The notes beneath the pieces were generated by a model. The model did no database searches. It saw nothing but the letters and a program-made list of their open reading frames with translations, and was not told the origin of the DNA. This document shows, one piece after another, positions 20,482 through 29,509 of a DNA stretch of 64,000 bases. The translations under genes were made by a program, and so were the position numbers. The stretch is from the NCBI GenBank assembly GCA_031288835.1, contig JAITQO010000007.1, positions 6,417 to 70,416 of the forward strand. The letters run 5' to 3'. Positions within the stretch are counted from its first letter, which is position 1. Every line of letters starts with the position of its first letter. This stretch comes from Rickettsiales bacterium. Lineage in GTDB: Bacteria; Pseudomonadota; Alphaproteobacteria; Rs-D84.

Positions 20482-21555
20482 TCAAGACAACGCGTTCGTG
20501 ATCTGTTCCTGCATTTCGAACGTTCCTAACACGACCCACGCGATTACGGCCGACACAAGCAATATCCCGACGCTGTTCAAAATCGACGACAAGCTTTCCA
20601 TCCTGCGCACGCTTGATTCCATATAATCGTTTGCTATTTGGGACAGATTTTTTCCAAAATCAGCCATATCCGCGTATACTTCCAGGTCTCCGATAATTTC
20701 GTCGTTCGGAAAATGCCTGCCGGTATTGTTCAACGCCTGGCCGAGATTATACCCGTTTTCAATCAGATGTTCGGCCGGCTCCAAATTGGAGCGAAGGTAT
20801 CTGCCGCCCGATTCGGACAGCATTTTCATGGCTACGGGCAGGCTGGTCCCGCTGGCGGTCATCGCGGCCAGGGACATCAGCCATGATACTGAAACAGAAA
20901 CCTTATACATACTCCACGGAGGCAGATTGTCCAAAAAAACCCGAAGTTTCCCCGAAAGCCTGGGCAGAGACCACCAGACGAAAAGCCCCGCCGACACCGC
21001 GATAACCAGCGCGGTCAGCCAGTAATGCTCCGCGAATTCTGCCAGCATGACCAGACTTCGCGCCGCTCCGCGCCATACGATGTCGCCTCCGGCCGCCTCG
21101 CTGAGCGGCGGGACGAGATAGAGGCCGACCATTATCACAATCACGAATGTCATCGCAAAAAGAAACGCGGGATACGACAACGCGTCGAACAGCGCCTTTT
21201 TTATCCTCCGGATGCCCTGGGACACCGCCGTAAGATTTTCCAAGGCCGAGGACAACTTCGACACGTCGCCGACTGACAGCATAAGCTCCTCGTTCTGCGG
21301 GGCCCACCTCGCCACCGTTTCGCCGAACGATAATCCGCGCTCCAATCCGTCCTGCCATGCGCGCAAGACAATCGCGAACGGCTCGTTCCTTTTTCGGCCG
21401 TCTTTGGATTCAATTCGCCAGCACCGTTCCAGCGCGTCCATTATCGTGAAATTGTTCCGAAGCAGGGACGCGATTTTGCGATACAGGCCCATCCGCTTGT
21501 CGAAATCCCAGCGGAACATCACTCTCGCGTAAAGGGCGTTCAATGACACCGCCAT
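20482..21555 (-). CDS. pilR: Type IVb pilus/T2SS platform protein (GspF/PilC family; R64 PilR-like)
   Basis: 357 aa with three hydrophobic segments and the duplicated cytoplasmic GspF-type domain layout. It sits downstream of the ATPase, as in R64 pilQ-pilR. Confidence 0.8.
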   Translation of the reverse strand: MAVSLNALYARVMFRWDFDKRMGLYRKIASLLRNNFTIMDALERCWRIESKDGRKRNEPFAIVLRAWQDGLERGLSFGETVARWAPQNEELMLSVGDVSKLSSALENLTAVSQGIRRIKKALFDALSYPAFLFAMTFVIVIMVGLYLVPPLSEAAGGDIVWRGAARSLVMLAEFAEHYWLTALVIAVSAGLFVWWSLPRLSGKLRVFLDNLPPWSMYKVSVSVSWLMSLAAMTASGTSLPVAMKMLSESGGRYLRSNLEPAEHLIENGYNLGQALNNTGRHFPNDEIIGDLEVYADMADFGKNLSQIANDYMESSVRRMESLSSILNSVGILLVSAVIAWVVLGTFEMQEQITNALS

Positions 21556-21899
21556 TTTTCGTCCTCTATTTCCAATTCATAGTATTCCGTTTTTCCCGCG
21601 CGCGAATAAACGGCGAACTCTATTTTCTCATCGAGCAGCGACAGTCCGACGTAGGTTCTTATGGTCATCGCAAACGCCGGGTTCGACAGGTATTGCGGCG
21701 CGTGTTTTGCCGCGTATTCGTCCGAGAACATTCCCTGCAGGGGCAGTATGCGCGAATTGCCGTCAATCTCCAGTTCCGCGGCCTCTTCAGCAACAACGCC
21801 CGAAACATCGTGCCCGCCGCATTTCAATACGACTGTTTCGCCACGTCCGCACGCAAAAAGAAACATCGCTAAAAAAATCATTGGCGATTTGCGATTCAT
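21540..21899 (-). CDS. Small lipoprotein, unknown family
   Basis: ATG at 21899, 3 nt after the ATPase stop (the ORF-track TTG is at 21905). Lipobox FLFAC in MNRKSPMIFLAMFLFACG. It overlaps the platform gene start by 16 nt. Confidence 0.55.
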   Translation of the reverse strand: MNRKSPMIFLAMFLFACGRGETVVLKCGGHDVSGVVAEEAAELEIDGNSRILPLQGMFSDEYAAKHAPQYLSNPAFAMTIRTYVGLSLLDEKIEFAVYSRAGKTEYYELEIEDEKWRCH

Positions 21900-21901
21900 A
21901 G

Positions 21902-23506
21902 TCAATAACTCTCCATCTGGTCCAGCAGGCCGACCCAGCGCTCCAGCTCGTCCACGCCGATAATTCCCTTCAGCATCAGTTCAATCGCAGATTCTTTCAA
22001 TGTGCGCCCGCCAAGCTCCTCCAGCCAATACTTCACCGCCTCGCTGGTCTTCCCGTCCAGCGCAAGCGACAGGAATCTGTTGTCCGCGATTATTATTTCC
22101 CCCGCTTTCGTCCGCCCTACGACGCCCTTGTTTCCGCAATTGTCGCAACCCATGCCCCGGATATAGGACTGGCGCAGCCCGATTTCGCCGAATGCCTCCT
22201 GAACGCGCTTGTATGCCGGATTCTCCGGATGGTCTATCAGTCGCTCGCGGCACTTGGGGCAGAGTTTTCTGAATAGGCGCATGGATACAAGCCCGCGCAT
22301 CATCGTCTCGTCCTTCAACTTGAACGCCTCGACGCCCATGTCCAAAAGCCGGGTCAGCGCCGCAAGCGCGCTGTTAGCATGCAGCGTCGTCCAAACATTA
22401 TGACCCGACAATGCCCCCTTCACCGTCAATTGCGCCGCCGCAAGCGTGCGGATTTCGCCGACCATCAGGGCGTCGGGGTCGCTGCGCAGCGCGGACGCCA
22501 GCGCCTCGGTGAACTTTTCCTCGCGCTGCTCCTCGTTGCTCGCGTTTGTCACCGGAATCTGGTGCGCGCCGAAAATCTTCCTCTCCGCAGGGTCCTCGAC
22601 CGTTATCAGGTTGATTTCATAGTTATGTTCCTTCAGCATCAGCGACATATTCTGAAACAGAGTCGTCGACTTTCCGGAACTTGTCGGGCCGGCGACAACG
22701 ACAAGTCCGGTCGGAAACGCGCGCATCCTGAACAACAGCTGCTGCTCATATTCGCCGAACTCCTGCTCGGTCTTTATTCCCTCGCTCGGATTGTCATACA
22801 GAATCCGCATTACGACATACCGCGAGCCGAACGCAATCGGATTGAACTGCATGCGGACGCCGAGGACTCCGGTCGGCAGATACAAGTCCTTCGTCCCGCG
22901 GAGCGGCGTGCGCCCGTCTTTCTGCGCCGACTGGTATTCGTTCTGGGCATAGTTGGAATTGGATATGTCCGCCGAAGCGAACGCGGCGCGGATGAACGAT
23001 TCGCCCCATGACGCGTTGTTTTCGCTAATCAGCTGCATGCTGCCGTCAAAGCGGAAATAAACCGACGTTTGGTCCGCCACCTCTATATGGACGTCCGATA
23101 CCTTCATCGACGCGGCGCGAGATATTATGTCCACGAAATCCTTCTGCATCTGATTGTCGTAATCAAGAATATTGCGACGGCCCTGCCGTTCGGCGTTTCT
23201 ATTGTAAATCGCCGCGACCAGCGCAAGGTCCGAATAAAACGGCTCCTTGTGGGAAATGCCCTCGCGCGCGAGCAGTTCCTTGAACGCCAAAACGCGCCCG
23301 TCATACCGGTGGGTGCGCGACACAATCATGCTGCCGTCCGAAAAGAAGGCCAGAAGGTTCTGAGTTTCGCGCGGCAGCTCCATCGTCCCGCCCGTCGCGG
23401 TGATAAGCCTGTTGTTATTTCCAAACAGATAATCGACGACGGACTTCTGGTCCGCGTTTTCCAATCCGCCGGGAACGCTTTTAAGATTGTCTCTCTCTCC
23501 GGCCAT
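21902..23506 (-). CDS. pilQ: Type IVb pilus/T2SS assembly ATPase (GspE/PilB family; R64 PilQ-like)
   Basis: Walker A VVAGPTSSGKSTTLF, Asp/His boxes (MVGEIR, GHNVWTTLHAN), and a tetracysteine motif CPKC...CDNC. Confidence 0.9.
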   Translation of the reverse strand: MAGERDNLKSVPGGLENADQKSVVDYLFGNNNRLITATGGTMELPRETQNLLAFFSDGSMIVSRTHRYDGRVLAFKELLAREGISHKEPFYSDLALVAAIYNRNAERQGRRNILDYDNQMQKDFVDIISRAASMKVSDVHIEVADQTSVYFRFDGSMQLISENNASWGESFIRAAFASADISNSNYAQNEYQSAQKDGRTPLRGTKDLYLPTGVLGVRMQFNPIAFGSRYVVMRILYDNPSEGIKTEQEFGEYEQQLLFRMRAFPTGLVVVAGPTSSGKSTTLFQNMSLMLKEHNYEINLITVEDPAERKIFGAHQIPVTNASNEEQREEKFTEALASALRSDPDALMVGEIRTLAAAQLTVKGALSGHNVWTTLHANSALAALTRLLDMGVEAFKLKDETMMRGLVSMRLFRKLCPKCRERLIDHPENPAYKRVQEAFGEIGLRQSYIRGMGCDNCGNKGVVGRTKAGEIIIADNRFLSLALDGKTSEAVKYWLEELGGRTLKESAIELMLKGIIGVDELERWVGLLDQMESY

Positions 23507-23509
23507 ATT

Positions 23510-24184
23510 TTATTCGCCCGCGGCGCTCTTTCCGAAACTGCCGATGCCTATTGTGAGCACTTCGCCGTCTTTCTCGAACTCCACGCCGTCATCGATGGAA
23601 ATGGAGCGCACTGCGTATCCGTCCAGTTTTTTTCCGACGGATATTTTTTTCTGCTTTCCGTTGCCGACATTTTCGACAGTCGCGACCAGCTGGTTCCCGG
23701 CGCCGATTATTTCAACAAGCGAATACCTGTCGGCGAGCGTCATTTCCCCGCCCGCCCGCTCGTCGTCCGGCGCGGTTTCTTTCATCTGCTTCTTTACTGG
23801 CGCCGGAGGGTCTTCGTCGGCATCGGCGGTGGCCGCGCGCTTCGCGGCCTCCTCGGCAATTTTCTTTTTCTGTTCTTCCAATTTCTGGCGCTCCTGCTCT
23901 ATCGAGAGCTTCTGCTTTTCAATCTCAGCCGCCTGCTCTTCCGCGCGGGCGCTGGCGCTTTCCTGCTCGCGCGCCAGACGCGCCTGTTCGGCGGCCATGC
24001 GGTCGAGGTCAAGCTGCAGCTGCGCCTTTTCCTTCTCAAGCTGCATCAGCACTTTTTCCTGCTCGAGGTCGGCAATCTTTTGGAACACGGAACCTTCGGC
24101 GTCATACGATTCGACATCGACCGTGTCGTCGGCGAACGCCGCGATCGGAAATATCGCAAAAATCAAGAGAATTATTTTTTTCAT
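23510..24184 (-). CDS. PilP-like periplasmic protein with an expanded E/Q/K/A coiled coil
   Basis: Signal peptide MKKIILLIFAIFPIAAFA. About 90 aa of coiled coil (LEQEKVLMQLEKEKAQLQLDL...). The C-terminal beta domain LVEIIGAGNQLVATVE...ISVGKKLDGYAVRSISIDDGVEFEKDG is of the PilP/GspC-HR type. The position matches R64 pilP. Confidence 0.45.
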   Translation of the reverse strand: MKKIILLIFAIFPIAAFADDTVDVESYDAEGSVFQKIADLEQEKVLMQLEKEKAQLQLDLDRMAAEQARLAREQESASARAEEQAAEIEKQKLSIEQERQKLEEQKKKIAEEAAKRAATADADEDPPAPVKKQMKETAPDDERAGGEMTLADRYSLVEIIGAGNQLVATVENVGNGKQKKISVGKKLDGYAVRSISIDDGVEFEKDGEVLTIGIGSFGKSAAGE

Positions 24185-24197
24185 TTCGTTTTCCTTT

Positions 24198-25469
24198 TTA
24201 TTTTACGTAAATTATAACCTCGTAAATCCAATTCCTGTTCTGGTTGTCCCATTTGACGGAAGGCATCTCCACACTGCCGACGTCGCTCATGATTTTTATA
24301 AACTCGGACGGCTGCAACTTTGACACCGCGTCGATTTTTACGACCGGAACATCGGCGAGGCTTGTGTCCAGAATCTCGTTCTCTCCCGCTTCCGGCAGCG
24401 ATAGCTCCACAAAATCTCGCCTGAAATCGACATCTTCGTCTATGCGCTGGAATACAGACTGCACCGCCGTCATGATTTCGTCCGACGTGAACTCCGGCTC
24501 GCGCGCCGAGGTCTTCAACGGCCTTAGTTTCGCCGTCAGAATCACATCGTTGCCGCCGGTTTCGTCAACGGAAACCTTCGGCATTTTTTTCCCCACCTCC
24601 GAATACAAATCGCCGATTGTCCCGTGATTGCGCAAAAGGTGCGCGTTCGCCTCGCCGTCCTTGCATGCAATCGATTCGACAACCCATCCCGTGATTTGCT
24701 GGGACAGAAACGCAATCGCGCGCCAGCATTGGTCGGCCTTGTCCGCAAGCGAGGGCAGAGATTCATACGGAACCGGGACATGTATTTTCTTCGGCGGCTC
24801 CTTCGGCGCGGGCGCGTCAATCAATTCCAATTTCTTTTTGTATTCTTCGGCGATTTTCGGGTCTATCCTTAATTTCTGCGGACGCGGGGCAAGCATTTTT
24901 TTCAGCGGCTCTTGAAAAAAATTATATCCGGCGAAAACCGCGCCGCCCAAAACGGCGAGACTGACTATATATCCCGGCAGGTGCGATATGCTCGCCAGAC
25001 GGTATTTTCTGTTTCCGGAAACGACGTCGGCGAGATTTCTCTCCACCGCGCCCGGCGCGCTCCAATCCGCGGGCGCGACCAAGACCGACCAGTCAGGCAT
25101 GACGCCGAGCTCGAGATACTCATTTTTCGCCGGTGCGCCGTCCGTGAAAACTTTGTCCCGGATGACGATTCCGCCGCGGACGGCCAAAAGCCACCAGCCC
25201 TCGCGCACCGAAAACGCCGACAAAAAAGTGTTTTCTCCGAACGATTCAATGACCTCGGCCGCGGCGACAGGCATGCCGGCGCGCCCTCCGGCGCGGCGGC
25301 TGGAAAGCCCAATCATTCCTTTGAACGACACGAAAAGCGACGCGCGGACATTTGCCGAATGCGAGATTTTCGCGGCGTTGTCGCGCATATTGCCGCGCCC
25401 GTCCGCCGGCTGCCAAAAGAGACCGGCGGCATATTTTCGCCGAGAAATCGTTATAACCCCGCCAGCCAC
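24198..25469 (-). CDS. PilO(2)-like bitopic type IVb pilus assembly protein
   Basis: About 423 aa with a single central TM (PGYIVSLAVLGGAVFAGYNFF). Its size and position between the secretin and PilP match R64 PilO. I prefer the GTG at 25469 (GGAG 5 nt upstream). The ORF-track TTG start is at 25487. The first ATG lies after the conserved-looking AAGLFWQP. Confidence 0.4.
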   Translation of the reverse strand: MAGGVITISRRKYAAGLFWQPADGRGNMRDNAAKISHSANVRASLFVSFKGMIGLSSRRAGGRAGMPVAAAEVIESFGENTFLSAFSVREGWWLLAVRGGIVIRDKVFTDGAPAKNEYLELGVMPDWSVLVAPADWSAPGAVERNLADVVSGNRKYRLASISHLPGYIVSLAVLGGAVFAGYNFFQEPLKKMLAPRPQKLRIDPKIAEEYKKKLELIDAPAPKEPPKKIHVPVPYESLPSLADKADQCWRAIAFLSQQITGWVVESIACKDGEANAHLLRNHGTIGDLYSEVGKKMPKVSVDETGGNDVILTAKLRPLKTSAREPEFTSDEIMTAVQSVFQRIDEDVDFRRDFVELSLPEAGENEILDTSLADVPVVKIDAVSKLQPSEFIKIMSDVGSVEMPSVKWDNQNRNWIYEVIIYVK

Positions 25470-25667
25470 GCTCGCTCCGTATTCCAATTATCACGTGAAT
25501 TATACAAAAAAAGAGACAATCCGTCCAGCGCAAAGTCTTTGCGCCCGCCATTATTCGCAAACGTATGGACGCATTTTAGATTCGCCGAAAACTATAATAA
25601 ATTAGGAAACAAAACGCAGTGCAAATATCGGCTTGATAAAACGAGCGAAAAATTTAATGATTGCGTA

Positions 25668-26513
25668 ATGCCGAACAAACGAAACTTTTTCACGGTGGAC
25701 GACGACATAGGGGGAATGATTCGCCGCGCAGCGCCCGACATAGGCATAAGGGCAATCCGCATCGTGCCGACGGGATGGACGAACATAGTGGCCGAAGCCG
25801 AGACCGACTGCGGCGAATATTTCTTCCGTTTTCCGCGCGATGGGTTCTGGGCGGAAATGCTGGAAAAAGATTGCGAGTTTTCTCAATTCGTTCACGGACG
25901 CACCTCGTTTTCGACAAACCTTTTATCGCTGTTCCGTGACAGCGGCCGGATTTTCTCCATGCATAAAAAAATACCGGGCAATGCTTTGTCATGCGTCGCC
26001 GGCTCTTTGTCAGAAAGCGAGGCCAAGGTCATCGCCGACGACATATCGCGCTTCATGATTGAAATCGGCGCAATTCCGGTATCGGAGATTCCGGAAAAAT
26101 GCCGCATGGGTTTGGCCGAGTTCCTGCGCCGGCTCGGCGAACTGCATTTCGAGGACAAAAGCATGAAATATTTCCATACATTCGCAAATCACGAAAAAGA
26201 TATCCGCGTCGTTCACGGGGACTTGAACCCCGGAAACATTATCATACGGAACGGACGCGTAGGAGGGATTATCGACTTTTGCTTCGCCGGCCCGGGGCCA
26301 TACGCCTATTCAGACCTGCCGTGGCTTTGCAACCGCATGCCGCCGGCGTTTCGAAAAACAATGCTGGCGTCTTTCGAGAATATGTCCGGAATGCGCATAA
26401 ACCCGGACACATTTGAGGATTTCTCAAAGGCGTGGAGATTCATAGGGACGGAATACATCCGGTTCATGAGGAAATGCCAGCCGGAGATAGAGATTCCAGG
26501 CGGCGATTTATAA
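25668..26513 (+). CDS. Aminoglycoside/choline-kinase-type phosphotransferase (APH family)
   Basis: From ATG 25668, 281 aa. Catalytic and Mg loops VVHGDLNPGNIIIRNGRVGGIIDFCFAG. It is the only plus-strand gene inside the pilus-like cluster. The upstream part of the ORF-track entry is antisense to the PilO-like gene. Confidence 0.7.
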   Translation: MPNKRNFFTVDDDIGGMIRRAAPDIGIRAIRIVPTGWTNIVAEAETDCGEYFFRFPRDGFWAEMLEKDCEFSQFVHGRTSFSTNLLSLFRDSGRIFSMHKKIPGNALSCVAGSLSESEAKVIADDISRFMIEIGAIPVSEIPEKCRMGLAEFLRRLGELHFEDKSMKYFHTFANHEKDIRVVHGDLNPGNIIIRNGRVGGIIDFCFAGPGPYAYSDLPWLCNRMPPAFRKTMLASFENMSGMRINPDTFEDFSKAWRFIGTEYIRFMRKCQPEIEIPGGDL

Positions 26514-27318
26514 ACCAATCCGTTTTCGCCGCCAGCAAAGCCGCCTCGTCGGCAACAGCGGACGGAGCCATGGCGCGGCACCGGTTAAACGCGGCGAGCA
26601 TCTCGGCGTCCGACATCCGTCCGACAAACGTCGGATTGGCGTCGAACGCATTCCATAGCACACACGGAACAAGCGGGCACACGGTTCCCAGAAACACAAG
26701 GCCGCGGCGCTGCGCGTCATAAAAATAATCCGCGGACTTTTTCGTGACGACGCGCCCCTCGCATTCCGCGCGCTTTTTTATAAACTCGTCGGAAACCGGC
26801 TTTCCAACCGCAAGCACATGATGTTCGCAACGATAGCCGGCGCTAAGAAGAAGCAGCGCAATGAACTCCTCAAACACTGCATCCAACAGCGCGACCTCCA
26901 ACACCATCGGGCAGCCGGAGCGAAGCATTTTCTCCAGCGTCAGAAACATCAGAATCAGCGCGAATTCATTCGTGCTTTCCCTCAGCATCATATCTCCGAA
27001 ACGGGCGCGGATTTCATTATAAAACGGATGATAGCGCGCGAAAAAACCCACGGACACATGCGCTGGATTCAGTCCGGCGGCGCGAAAGCCGGCAAGCGCC
27101 GCGGGCAGAAGCTGGGTTGTTTTCCCGCTTCCTGATTGTCCCGAAAGCCGCACATACTCTCCATCGCCGCGAACATTCGCCGTCACATCGGCGAACGCGC
27201 GGTTTACCAAATCAGAATAATCCGAAACAATCCAATCGCCCGGCATATCCGGACGGCGCCACATGCGCGCGGCAAACCGCAACACCCCGTCCCTTAAATC
27301 ATTGATACGCTCCGACAT
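26464..27318 (-). CDS. P-loop kinase, zeta-toxin/AAA_33-like
   Basis: Walker A LSGQSGSGKTTQLL about 70 aa from the N-terminus. About 285 aa. The first ATG is at 27318; the ORF-track TTG is at 27357. Its 3' end overlaps the convergent APH gene by 50 nt. Confidence 0.45.
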   Translation of the reverse strand: MSERINDLRDGVLRFAARMWRRPDMPGDWIVSDYSDLVNRAFADVTANVRGDGEYVRLSGQSGSGKTTQLLPAALAGFRAAGLNPAHVSVGFFARYHPFYNEIRARFGDMMLRESTNEFALILMFLTLEKMLRSGCPMVLEVALLDAVFEEFIALLLLSAGYRCEHHVLAVGKPVSDEFIKKRAECEGRVVTKKSADYFYDAQRRGLVFLGTVCPLVPCVLWNAFDANPTFVGRMSDAEMLAAFNRCRAMAPSAVADEAALLAAKTDWFINRRLESLSPAGISS

Positions 27319-27360
27319 TCCGGCATAATAATGGAAACATGTCGATTGCGCAATCAAAAA

Positions 27361-27787
27361 TCAGCAATACAGCTTTGCCCTCAGTTTTTCTATTAAAATC
27401 TTTTTAAGCCAATCGGGATACGGAGCGTATGTTTCGACAAATCTTATCGGTTCCGACGCGTCGAACTCCCCGCCTCGATACGCCTTGCCGGCGCCTATTA
27501 TGGTCGCACACCATTTCATTGATATATTTTTCCGGAATCGGGGAGATTGTCTTATCCCTCGGATTATACCAATATTCCCAGTGGTGCTTATTCATATGAA
27601 TATGATGCAGGTAAGACGGCGAGTAGCCCTTGTCTTGTATTTCAAGCTCTATCGGAGACTCTTTTCCCGTGTAATATTTCGCCTGCCGGATTTCCGGCGG
27701 AAGAAGCTTCGACAAGTCGTGAACCAATCCCTGCCAAATCAAGCCATATCCGCACATTTCGCGAAACACATAATATTTATGCTTCAT
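27361..27787 (-). pseudogene. DUF5662-like (HDxSK motif) protein, frameshifted
   Basis: MKHKYYVFREMCGYGLIWQGLVHDLSKL...YINEMVCD, then junk in the same frame. Shifting one nt near 27498-27502 restores IIGAGKAYRGGEFDASEPIRFVETYAPYPDWLKKILIEKLRAKLYC*, ending at 27361. Confidence 0.5.
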
Positions 27788-27907
27788 AACCGTCTTAAAA
27801 AACCTGAAATATTTAAGCACTTACCACAAGAATACCACGGCGTTTTTCATAAATCAACACCGTGTCCGGAATCCCGGCCAACGCCATATTCAATTCCAAA
27901 AAATGGA

Positions 27908-29509
27908 TTAATTCAGCGGCGCACCCCAATGCTGCTGTATGTTATGCTCGGCATCCAAGGGGCTTACCAAAACCTGCGGCGTCAGAATCACCACCAGCAC
28001 GTCCCTTTGGGACTGAGTGTCGCGGGACCCGGATAACGCCATGAAATCGGGCTTTCCAATGCCATACCGCGTGTCGTTGTTCGTTTGCTTCTCGAATCCG
28101 GACAAAACAAGCATTTGACCGGATTCCATGATAACTTCCTGCATGAACGACCTTTCCTCGACCTCCGGCAGTTGCAGAGTGATTCCGCCCTCGCCGACCT
28201 TCCCAATCGTTTCCGTTTTCATATTCACCAATTCCTTCACGGACATCCTGAACATGAGCAAAATCTTTCCGTTGTCCAAAACATTCGGCAGCAACTGCAT
28301 CGAAAACCCGGTTTCCAAAGTATCCTGGTCCACGGTCGAGCTTTCGACTGTCGTAAAGTTCCGGGATTCCAAACGCTTTATATATCCCTGCATTCTTGTG
28401 TTCGATACCGGCGCAATTCTGTTGTTGCGCGTGGTCACGCCGACATTGGTGACCAAGGAAACCTTGCCCTGCTTTGCCAGCGACTGAATCAGCGCGGTCG
28501 TCCCGCCGAGCGCGGACAAGGAGCCGTTGACATTGTTAGTCGTAACAGTCCCGTCGGCGTTCTTCGTCGTCGCCCCCAGGACGGCGATATTCAGGCTGCT
28601 TGCGCCAAGGCCCGATATTTGCCCGGTTGGATTCGCGACTATATTCAATCCGGACGCTGAATTAATCGCCGCCGCCAGATTCAGTCCGAACGCGGAATTG
28701 TTGGAAATGGAAACCTGCAGCACCTTTACGTCGATGGTCACCAACTGGGACAGGCGCTTGTTCTGCTTGTCGATATAGTCTCCGATGCGCGTCAATATCG
28801 ACGGCGGCGCGGTGACGGTTATCGTCCCGAGAGACTTGGACACCGTGAACTTCGCGTTGTCGTTGCCCTCCATAATTCCGCCGATTGCCTTTTCAATCTC
28901 CTCCCATTCCTTCAGGTTCGATTCCATCGAAACTTGGTTGCCGTCATTCGACTGAATCGACGACTGATACGATATGTCCGTCCCGAGGGCATACAACGAG
29001 AACGTCTTTGTTTCCGTTTCGTAGAAAACTATCGACTGCTTGTCGTAATACCACAGCAAATCCAAATCCGTCGCGACCTGGGACAATAACTGCGACAACT
29101 TTCCAGTAAAGCCGATATTCATCGTCTTTTTCAATTTGTCGCCCGTTATTTTCGAATCTATTTTCACCGGGATGCCGGTAATCGAATGAATGTTGTTCGC
29201 CAACACCTGCAGGGACACCGGCTCGTTCAGCAGAATCGTTATTCCGGCGTCGTTCTCGAAATCCTTGGGGAGATTGTTCTTGTGGTCAAGCATTGTCGAT
29301 TGGTTTCCGAGCCATATGCCCTCGCTGGTGGACACCGTGTCGTTCGATACCTTCGCGCGCGGGTTCTTTGCCATTTCGAACGCATTATACGCATTGATGA
29401 AGTCGTTGTCGACAACGCTCGCCACCTGCTGAGATTCCTTTTTCGCGCATGACAAAACCAGCGGCAAAACGGCAAAAATCAATAGTCTCTTTACTTTCAA
29501 TTCAGTCAT
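27908..29509 (-). CDS. pilN: Lipoprotein secretin (R64 PilN / TcpC-like)
   Basis: Lipobox LVLSC in MTELKVKRLLIFAVLPLVLSCAKK. C-terminal secretin domain (...GQMLVLSGFEKQTNNDTRYGIG...RDVLVVILTPQVL). Confidence 0.85.
   Translation of the reverse strand: MTELKVKRLLIFAVLPLVLSCAKKESQQVASVVDNDFINAYNAFEMAKNPRAKVSNDTVSTSEGIWLGNQSTMLDHKNNLPKDFENDAGITILLNEPVSLQVLANNIHSITGIPVKIDSKITGDKLKKTMNIGFTGKLSQLLSQVATDLDLLWYYDKQSIVFYETETKTFSLYALGTDISYQSSIQSNDGNQVSMESNLKEWEEIEKAIGGIMEGNDNAKFTVSKSLGTITVTAPPSILTRIGDYIDKQNKRLSQLVTIDVKVLQVSISNNSAFGLNLAAAINSASGLNIVANPTGQISGLGASSLNIAVLGATTKNADGTVTTNNVNGSLSALGGTTALIQSLAKQGKVSLVTNVGVTTRNNRIAPVSNTRMQGYIKRLESRNFTTVESSTVDQDTLETGFSMQLLPNVLDNGKILLMFRMSVKELVNMKTETIGKVGEGGITLQLPEVEERSFMQEVIMESGQMLVLSGFEKQTNNDTRYGIGKPDFMALSGSRDTQSQRDVLVVILTPQVLVSPLDAEHNIQQHWGAPLN

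Noticed and set aside
23069-24323. 382 aa and 278 aa plus-strand ORFs
   Set aside because: They are antisense to the ATPase and PilP-like genes. The S/F/A/R-rich repeats in their translations mirror the coiled-coil codons of the real minus-strand gene.
24912-25667. The N-terminal 252 codons of the 533 aa plus-strand ORF
   Set aside because: This part is antisense to the PilO-like gene and has junk composition. The APH-like homology begins only at the ATG at 25668.
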